From: Verrucomicrobiia bacterium
GTDB lineage: Bacteria > Verrucomicrobiota > Verrucomicrobiia > Limisphaerales > UBA11358
DNA: 64,000 nucleotides
Direction: 5' to 3'
NCBI GenBank assembly: GCA_025451535.1
Contig: JANWKE010000054.1
Coordinates: 8,179-72,178, forward strand
The notes under the pieces were generated by a model. The model saw only the letters and a program-made list of their open reading frames with translations, was not told where the DNA came from and ran no database searches. Shown here in pieces: positions 52,101-58,362 of this stretch. Within the stretch, counting starts at the first letter, position 1. Every line of letters begins with the position of its first letter. A program made the position numbers and the translations under genes.

Positions 52101-53468
52101 CGCGTGAACTCCGACAGCGGGCAAGGCAACATTGACTGGTGGAAGGGCACCATTCCCGGCCAGGCCAATGGCGCCCAGGTGCGTTACAAGGCCGCGCTGT
52201 TCAGCGGCGGCAGTTACGGTTTCTCCGTCGGTAACACCACGAATTGGCCAAGCATCCAGCCGGTTTCCGGCGCCGAGCCTGCCCGGTCCAAGCTCTTTGG
52301 CCTGACGCAGGCAGCCATCACGAATTTCAATCCGGCTAACGCGGTGGTCTGGTTGCACAACGATCTCAATCCGGCGAATACCACCGTCGGTTTGCAGTCC
52401 GGTTTCCACATCCTCCATGCCCGGACTTTCCTGCCGGTGATCAATTACACCAATCAAAACTACGTCTATGCCAACCAGGCGCAGGTGTACAATACGTTCG
52501 CGCAAACCTTTTACTACGAAGCCGGGCCGCCCACGGGCGTGATTGTCTCGCCATCAAGTGATGGAACTTCGGTCTCCAGCAGCGTCCTTTCCGTGGTTGT
52601 CCGTACCGACAGCACAGTGACCGGCGTTCAATTCAACGTCCAGGACAGCGACCCTAACAACGACGACCTCATCACCCATCAGGCCAATGGCAACGGCAAC
52701 GACACCAACGGCAATCCGATTTTTGTGAGCGCCACCCAGGTCGTGCCCAACCAGAGCCTGAATCTGCAATACCCGAGCGATCCGCAGGAATTCCGGCTTG
52801 TTTATACCAACGTGGCCTCCAGCGGCACCGCCACCATCAGCGTGCGGCTCTCCGATTATGCGACCAGCGTCTATACCAATGAGGTCACGGTCTTGACCCG
52901 CACGGTCAACACGCTCGCGCCGCCGCAAACCGTCATTATTTCCAGCCCGGCAACCAATAACACCATTGTTCCGTTCAGCAGCAACCTTGTCTATCTGATC
53001 CAGACTTGCTTCGGCACCAGCCTGGTCTCGGCCGTCTCCAATTTCGACATTACCATCAATGGCATCCTCCAGCCGCAATCCTCCTATTTCATCCGTCCGG
53101 TGGGCACCGTGCCCGGTTGTCCCGGCATGAACTCGCTGTTCTATAATTGGAACATCACTTCGGGCGGCGTCTATAACATTCAAGCGACCTATAGCAACGG
53201 CATTGTCCTGAGCGATAACAAGACCGTGATTGTCACGCTGCCGCTCCAAATCACCAGCCTGAGCAACGTCGACCCCGCCGGTGGCAACCCATTGATTGTT
53301 TGGGGCAGTACACCGGGTGCCAATTACCAGGTTCTCGCTACCACGAATCTGACCCAGCCGTTTCAGCCCATCGGCCCGGTTGTCACGACGAATGGATTCT
53401 CCGCCTCCCTGTACGACACGTCGCCGCCCGCGCCGCAAAAGTTTTACGAAATTGAAATAGTGCCCTGA
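49164..53468 (+). CDS. Giant secreted GH13 alpha-amylase-family enzyme with ~900-aa beta-rich C-terminal extension
   Basis: GH13 regions: VYFDNIMNHR (I), GFRLDAVKHV (II), LFGEYE (III). N-terminal AGYDSLWLPNP. The start is probably ATG 49164 (MKPHFFHPAISLKGFFRRAAAAALLAGLSVLAV, signal peptide); the ORF track starts at 49092. The extension contains a LYYTTDGSNPEG..GKGTT..WWKGTIPG domain that also occurs in the next gene. Confidence 0.85.
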   Translation: MKPHFFHPAISLKGFFRRAAAAALLAGLSVLAVHQVRGEGMLELFQTPWSEITQKMPEIAEAGYDSLWLPNPAKGNSGSYSVGYDQFDPFDLGSTNQQGTIATMYGTEDQLIQMVQTAHRFGIRVYFDNIMNHRSGTVAGYPGSGTPTNYYPGLIPQDFHLQVVAGGFKNWPSIGDPYWCTTSVVEDQPLLGLSDLAQEPGTNNLNFGSAVGNTTPKPAFIRFPGRSDLYMDTNGPLLGLGSGTGWPSPANGYGPLNGWRPFDGHGQPVPEDVSTYLCRAVAWTLYTTKCDGFRLDAVKHVPVNFFGNETGQTDDPSFGGYLGAVQAMYDYVHGYGSNDVGNGYLETDGNRNSLFNTESPRNDAMLFGEYEPSALVAGEDFNDYLQSGMRLCNFPLFSQFNSALNNYGGSPGLYGMDGRDYIPPGGNCDANGNFSAAQAVNMPQTQDNGTCCPANETLENSYFFMHEGLPMVYSDGYNHNLASLTNGSTPIVSYANYLGEFGDNSMPDTMYTHNQLSRGGTRSRWSDQNIIAFERYDYRDVDPPSQYGNAATNPAATVVFYAMNDKGGGSGDIAFDDGVSRTSDGYYLVGTNTVNGANTADVSRPNSRGCGLIVGFPPGTLLTQLSSAGDVAGGNRAFHQLLVHGTTTSLTTAASTANDPNPVNRLIYVNTTPPAGFGAVELVVPSDAWVLYGEQWPEPSRANPSTNVIAFRQGGVQVPNITVYRTDGANGDPNYDPTFPFKMRGGVDPYTGQPVVAAGEGNVSNLTYAINIPVVTNALFDILVRSDASTSNTLVKLDGGMDLNSQMGLGPTNIQPGIAPTNFLDLRDNKPAYTDDRFLGYEQTAFQFRNGPEKFAARNILSNNIVSLGAETYYYTIGGTNTVIPGSGFGAGITNQTAVWVYHDPSAPVTVLTNVSVPVDPANQMSPTNPAAGQSVDIWVRAGYSQQVNTCYLYYTTDGSNPEGGFGIGKGTTQVVPAQRVNSDSGQGNIDWWKGTIPGQANGAQVRYKAALFSGGSYGFSVGNTTNWPSIQPVSGAEPARSKLFGLTQAAITNFNPANAVVWLHNDLNPANTTVGLQSGFHILHARTFLPVINYTNQNYVYANQAQVYNTFAQTFYYEAGPPTGVIVSPSSDGTSVSSSVLSVVVRTDSTVTGVQFNVQDSDPNNDDLITHQANGNGNDTNGNPIFVSATQVVPNQSLNLQYPSDPQEFRLVYTNVASSGTATISVRLSDYATSVYTNEVTVLTRTVNTLAPPQTVIISSPATNNTIVPFSSNLVYLIQTCFGTSLVSAVSNFDITINGILQPQSSYFIRPVGTVPGCPGMNSLFYNWNITSGGVYNIQATYSNGIVLSDNKTVIVTLPLQITSLSNVDPAGGNPLIVWGSTPGANYQVLATTNLTQPFQPIGPVVTTNGFSASLYDTSPPAPQKFYEIEIVP

Positions 53469-53502
53469 GTGGCCGGTTCCTCGCCGCGATTCGAAAACCC
53501 TC

Positions 53503-56500
53503 GTGAAAATTCGCCCGGCCATTTCGATTCTTGCTGGTTTGGCGCTTCTGCTGGCAACGGTCCAGGGCACATGGGCCGTCCTCGCCAACGCCTGGCATGT
53601 CCCGGATAATTCCGGTGACCTCGGCTTCAACCTGCGAAACCCGGAGTTTGAGATCGGCACCAACACCACCGTCACCGTCTATAGCGGCCTTCAAAAATTC
53701 AATAACTCCTTCGGCACAGCCAACCAGACCGGCGGCTGGGTGATTTACCGGGGCGCAACTCAAAGCTCATGGAGCAGCAACGCGTTGAGTTTTTATCTGA
53801 ACGGCGGGCCCAGCCCGAACAATCAATACTGGTCCACCACGTTCAACACCGCGAACTTCGGGCCGGATGAAGTCATTCAATACTATTTTTCCCTGACGTT
53901 CGACGGCGTTAACAACGTCTCGAACACGTGCATTTATGGCGGCGACGGCAGCAGTTTTACCACCGCCAACCCTGCCACCGCCGCCGCCTCGCCTTTTACC
54001 ATCCGCAACCGGCCCGCGTGGCTGTTCCACGCCAACAATCGCGTCGTTACGGCCAACGCCAATGGCACCAATTCGACCGTGAGTTTCTGGACCCAGATCG
54101 GGTACCAAAGCAAGGATGCCAGCGCGCGTTGGGCGGACAACGGTTGCCTTTATTACACGACCGACGGCTCGACGCCGGCGGGCTCGCTCGGTGTCGGCAG
54201 CGGCACGACGCGAGTCATGCCGGTGATTTACAACCATGAACAGGATAATTTCAGCATCGCCGGCAACGCCATGTGGTGGGCCGGCACTGTAACGAACCTT
54301 CCCGACTACACCGCCATCAATTACAAAATCGGCGCCTGGAACAGTGCCAACCACGAGGAAAAATTCGCCGATTACAACGCCGGTACCAATAGTACCATTT
54401 TCAGTTTTTCCATCGGCACACCGGGCGACCCGGTGTTGACCGTCAACGGCCTCAATGCGGATTACACCACCGAGCACCTGTTTGTAGACGAAGTCGCGGG
54501 CGATTCGATTGCGGTGAACGTGGCGTTCTCACCGAATGTCGCCAACGTCACCGAGGCGGACGTATTTTCCAATTTGAACCGCCGCAACCGGGCGACGAGG
54601 GATGCCAACGGCGATGGCATCGAAGACGGCATCCTGCCACCGGACGGCAACACCATCGCCACCGGCGACGACAACAATTATTACAAGGCCTACGCGATGA
54701 CTTCGCTGGGCAACGGCCAATATTCGCTCACGCTCAACGCGACGAACTGCGGCGCCTATCGGCTGACCGCGCGTTACCAGGTCGCCGGCAATACCAACTG
54801 GTTCTGGTATTCGACCGATGGACGTCGCGACCACGTCATCGTCGTTTCGCCGACCAAGGCGCGCAACATGACGATGTATGAGCTGAACGCGATGAACATT
54901 GGCGCCCAGGGCACCGGGCAGAACGACCGCAGCACGTTCACGGACTTATATAACGGTCCCGGTTCGCGACCGTACGACCCGGTGACGAACCGGTTTAATT
55001 TGCAATATGTTCAAAATCTCGGCGTGAACTGGCTCTGGTTCCAGCCGGTTCATCCCATCGGCATTCAAAACCGGCAGACCGACCCGAACACCGGCCAGCC
55101 TTACGCCGTCGGCAGCCCGTATTCGGTGAAGAATTATTTCCAGGTCAATCCCCTGCTGGGCAAGGCCGGCACGCGCGCCGAAGCGATGCAGGAATTCACC
55201 AACTTCGTCGCCGCGGCGGATGCGGCCGGCGTGAACGTGATGCTGGACGAGCCGTTCAACCATTCCGCCTGGGACTGCGAGCTGGACGCCGCCGGGACCA
55301 ATTATTTCGCGCCGGCCTCGCAGCCGACGGATGAAATTGCCAATAACGAGGCGCGGTTCTACTCGCGCATCAACGAATACGACCAGCGCGCCTCCAGCGC
55401 TTCGGACATCGCGCCGGCCCCGGACCGCTTTGACTTCGGCAAATGGAGCGATGTCGCGGACATTTACTTTGGCCGTTACGCCGCCTTGGTGCCCAATTCG
55501 TCGCAGACCGGTAATTACGCCAGCGAGGCCGACTGGTTTGATTATTCCATTGGCGATGAAAACAGCACCGGTAGCGGCAACGGGCATTTCGACCGGATCA
55601 CGCAGAACGTCTGGCGCTATTTCTCCGACTGCATCCTTTACTGGCTGGACCAGACCGGCTGCCCCGGTAATACGCCGCCCAACCTGACTTACAAGGGCAT
55701 TGACGGGTTACGCGCGGATTTTGGCCAGGGCCTGCCACCGCAATGCTGGGAATACATCATCAACAAAGTCCGCAGCCGGAAATGGGATTTCGTGTTTATG
55801 ACCGAATCGCTCGACGGCGGTGCGGTCACCTACCGTTCCAACCGCCAGTTTGACGTCCTGAACGAAAACCTCCTTTTCGATCTGCAAAATGCCGCCACGG
55901 CGGGTGATTACCGGAACGCCTTCGACGCCCGCCGCAACAGTTACGGCCAGGGCCTGGTGCTGCTCAACAACGTCTCGCACGACGAGCAGAGCTACAGCGA
56001 TCCCTATGCGGCGCTCATTCGTTACATGGCGTGCAGCACGATTGACGGCGCGCCGATGATTTTCTACGGCGAGGAACTGGGCATCTCCACGTATTTCGGT
56101 TTTGACCGTTACCAGTTGAACTTTGGCAAGACGATCCCGCAGTTCATGGATTACAATTCGCTCCAGCCGATTTATTCGCCCGCCGACCGGAATTTCGGGT
56201 TGGACCAGCTCTGGCCGGTCTATGCCGCCGTCAACCAGGCACGGCAGTTCAGCCCGGCGCTGAAGAGTCCCAATCGCTATTACCTCAACCAGTCCGGCAG
56301 CGAAGCGCCACAACCTTCGATTTTCTCCGTGGCGAAATACCAGACCGCCAACGCCACGCCGAATTTTTCCGACGTTGTGTTCGCCTTCACCTCGCTTGAC
56401 CGGAACAACGCGCAAACTGGTGATTTTGACGTGAACATCACCCAGAACGGGTCGAACCTGTTCGGCCTCCAACCGGGCCGCCTTTACAACGTAAAAAACA

Positions 56501-57201
56501 TCGCCGCCTACCTCGGCGCGGACCCCAATCGCCGGAATGACTGGCTGTGGAACGGCGGCTCCGGTGGCATCGCCGGCAGCAACCTCCTGGCCAACGGCGT
56601 TTTCGTCACGCTCAATCCCGTACCGACGAGCAATGCCGGCTGGGCGAACGCCCCATTTGAGGCGCAATACCTGAAACTATACGACGTGACGCCGCCGCCC
56701 ACGCCTTCCGGGCCCGGCATTGGCACGACAAACAATTATGTTTTCACCAACGTCGTCACGTTCACTTGGTCCGCTGTGAGCGACCCGCAAGGTGGCGTGA
56801 GCGGTTATTACGTTATCGTCGGCACCGCGCCCGGCGGCTCGGACGTTTTCAGTGGCATTGTCACCGGCACGTCATTGACCGTGACGAACAATTTCGGCGC
56901 GCACCTTTACGCGGAGGTGAGCGCCATCAACAATGCCGGCATCCAAGGTGCGGCCAGCAGCAGCAGCGCCGGGGTGGCTTTGGTAAACCCGAACTGGATT
57001 CCGGTGCTGAATATGCTCAGCAGCAGCGTGTTGTCCTGGAACAGCGTCTCCGGCAAAACCTACCAGGTGTGGAGCACAACCAACCTTTCCGTGCCATTTT
57101 CCACTTTGGGCGGCCTCATCAATGCGCCGGGACCAGTGGCCAGTTACACCAACAGCCCGACCAGCGGGACGCGATTCTTCCGCGTCCAGTTTTTCCCGTA
57201 A
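53503..57201 (+). CDS. Giant secreted GH13-family enzyme with central catalytic domain, FN3 domain and shared C-terminal module
   Basis: GTG start with signal peptide MKIRPAISILAGLALLLATVQGTWA. Catalytic regions: VMLDEPFNHSAWD (I), GIDGLRADFGQGLP (II, non-canonical after the nucleophile D), FVFMTESLDG (III), LNNVSHDEQ (IV). FN3 segment: VTFTWSAVSDPQGGVSGYYV. Lies 34 nt after the previous gene, so it is operon-like. Confidence 0.8.
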   Translation: MKIRPAISILAGLALLLATVQGTWAVLANAWHVPDNSGDLGFNLRNPEFEIGTNTTVTVYSGLQKFNNSFGTANQTGGWVIYRGATQSSWSSNALSFYLNGGPSPNNQYWSTTFNTANFGPDEVIQYYFSLTFDGVNNVSNTCIYGGDGSSFTTANPATAAASPFTIRNRPAWLFHANNRVVTANANGTNSTVSFWTQIGYQSKDASARWADNGCLYYTTDGSTPAGSLGVGSGTTRVMPVIYNHEQDNFSIAGNAMWWAGTVTNLPDYTAINYKIGAWNSANHEEKFADYNAGTNSTIFSFSIGTPGDPVLTVNGLNADYTTEHLFVDEVAGDSIAVNVAFSPNVANVTEADVFSNLNRRNRATRDANGDGIEDGILPPDGNTIATGDDNNYYKAYAMTSLGNGQYSLTLNATNCGAYRLTARYQVAGNTNWFWYSTDGRRDHVIVVSPTKARNMTMYELNAMNIGAQGTGQNDRSTFTDLYNGPGSRPYDPVTNRFNLQYVQNLGVNWLWFQPVHPIGIQNRQTDPNTGQPYAVGSPYSVKNYFQVNPLLGKAGTRAEAMQEFTNFVAAADAAGVNVMLDEPFNHSAWDCELDAAGTNYFAPASQPTDEIANNEARFYSRINEYDQRASSASDIAPAPDRFDFGKWSDVADIYFGRYAALVPNSSQTGNYASEADWFDYSIGDENSTGSGNGHFDRITQNVWRYFSDCILYWLDQTGCPGNTPPNLTYKGIDGLRADFGQGLPPQCWEYIINKVRSRKWDFVFMTESLDGGAVTYRSNRQFDVLNENLLFDLQNAATAGDYRNAFDARRNSYGQGLVLLNNVSHDEQSYSDPYAALIRYMACSTIDGAPMIFYGEELGISTYFGFDRYQLNFGKTIPQFMDYNSLQPIYSPADRNFGLDQLWPVYAAVNQARQFSPALKSPNRYYLNQSGSEAPQPSIFSVAKYQTANATPNFSDVVFAFTSLDRNNAQTGDFDVNITQNGSNLFGLQPGRLYNVKNIAAYLGADPNRRNDWLWNGGSGGIAGSNLLANGVFVTLNPVPTSNAGWANAPFEAQYLKLYDVTPPPTPSGPGIGTTNNYVFTNVVTFTWSAVSDPQGGVSGYYVIVGTAPGGSDVFSGIVTGTSLTVTNNFGAHLYAEVSAINNAGIQGAASSSSAGVALVNPNWIPVLNMLSSSVLSWNSVSGKTYQVWSTTNLSVPFSTLGGLINAPGPVASYTNSPTSGTRFFRVQFFP

Positions 57202-57217
57202 AATAGGTTTCCTTTTT

Positions 57218-57274
57218 GCCCGCTTTTTAGCCTGCTGTATAGCGTAAAAACGGATGCAAAAAGGCGGGCTTTTT
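57218..57274 (+). terminator. Possible terminator with large loop
   Basis: GCCCGCTTTTT ... AAAAAgGCGGGC followed by TTTTT. The 11-bp stem has one bulge and a 29-nt loop. It starts 17 nt after the stop at 57201. Confidence 0.35.
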
Positions 57275-57283
57275 GCACCTTTA

Positions 57284-57299
57284 TCGCATGAATATGCGG
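57284..57299. promoter_or_regulatory. Alpha-glucan box, site 7
   Basis: TCGCATGAATATGCGG, with one mismatch. Lies 73 nt upstream of the PEP-CTERM protein gene. Confidence 0.5.
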
Positions 57300-57371
57300 T
57301 AGTCAAGCCGTCGGAAAAATGATAGTTTTAAGCACGATCCTGAACAATAATCAGTAACCAGTATCATTATT

Positions 57372-58280
57372 ATGAAATTCAAAACAGTACTCGCAAGTGG
57401 GGCGGCGTTGGCATTTTTGGGCGCAACCGTTGGCGTGCAGGCTCAAAACCTGAACGGAACCGTAAGCCCGAGTTTCTACGGCAGTCCCCTGGCTCTTCAG
57501 ACCATCAGTACCGGCTTCGGTCTTGCCGCCGGTGGCGCCGATTCGGCCGGCGGTTCCGAGTTGGATGCTGCTTATGGTCAGATCTCCGGCGGGAATCTGT
57601 ACCTGTTCCTGGCAGGTAACACCGAAAACAACGGCAATCACCTGAATGTATTCATTGCGGGTGGAGCTGCGGGCGGCCAGAACGTTTTGGGTGCTGCTGC
57701 CACCGCCACGATGCAGGCCATGAACGGATCCGTTTTCAGTCCGGGATTCAATGCGACCTTCGCTCTCGACGTGAACGATTATGCCGGCACCTTGTATAGC
57801 GAAGAGTACAACCTCATCGGTGGTACCGGCGGTTATGTCGGGGCTCTCGCTGAGTCCTCCACCGGCATTGCCGCCGGAAGCGACGGTGGTGTCTCGAGCA
57901 TTTACCTCAACAACAACAACGCCAGCACCATGGGAGCGCCGGGTTCAGCTTACTCGGGTGGCGCCGCGGTAACCACCGGATATGAACTGGTTATTCCGCT
58001 CTCCGCAATCGGATACAGCGGTGGAAACATCATGGTCCTTGCCGACGTCAACGGCGGCAGTGATGGTTATCTTGCCAACCAGTTTCTGCCGGGCTTGGCA
58101 GTGGGAACGGGCAATGTGGGTGGTGGCGGACCCTATACCGGAGGAAGTGGTAGCCAGTTTAACTTTGCCAACACTCTGGGTGAATATTTCACCGTATCCG
58201 CGGTTCCCGAACCTGCCACGATGACGTTTTTGGGATTCTCCGGTCTGGCAGCGTTGCTGGCCATTCGTCGCCGGAAGTAA
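57372..58280 (+). CDS. PEP-CTERM sorting-domain protein, Gly/Ala/Asn-rich secreted protein
   Basis: Signal peptide MKFKTVLASGAALAFLGATVGVQAQ. The C-terminus VPEPATMTFLGFSGLAALLAIRRRK is a canonical PEP motif followed by a TM helix and a basic tail (exosortase substrate signature). Confidence 0.85.
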   Translation: MKFKTVLASGAALAFLGATVGVQAQNLNGTVSPSFYGSPLALQTISTGFGLAAGGADSAGGSELDAAYGQISGGNLYLFLAGNTENNGNHLNVFIAGGAAGGQNVLGAAATATMQAMNGSVFSPGFNATFALDVNDYAGTLYSEEYNLIGGTGGYVGALAESSTGIAAGSDGGVSSIYLNNNNASTMGAPGSAYSGGAAVTTGYELVIPLSAIGYSGGNIMVLADVNGGSDGYLANQFLPGLAVGTGNVGGGGPYTGGSGSQFNFANTLGEYFTVSAVPEPATMTFLGFSGLAALLAIRRRK

Positions 58281-58300
58281 ATCAGCCTTATTTTTAATCA

Positions 58301-58330
58301 AGCCCCGCGCAAGCGGGGCTTTTTTATTTT
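58301..58330 (+). terminator. Rho-independent terminator
   Basis: AGCCCCGC-gcaa-GCGGGGCT forms an 8-bp GC-rich stem with a tetraloop. It is followed immediately by TTTTTTATTTT, 21 nt after the stop at 58280. Confidence 0.8.
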
Positions 58331-58362
58331 ACCTGACGTCAACCAAACCGCGTTGTAATCGC

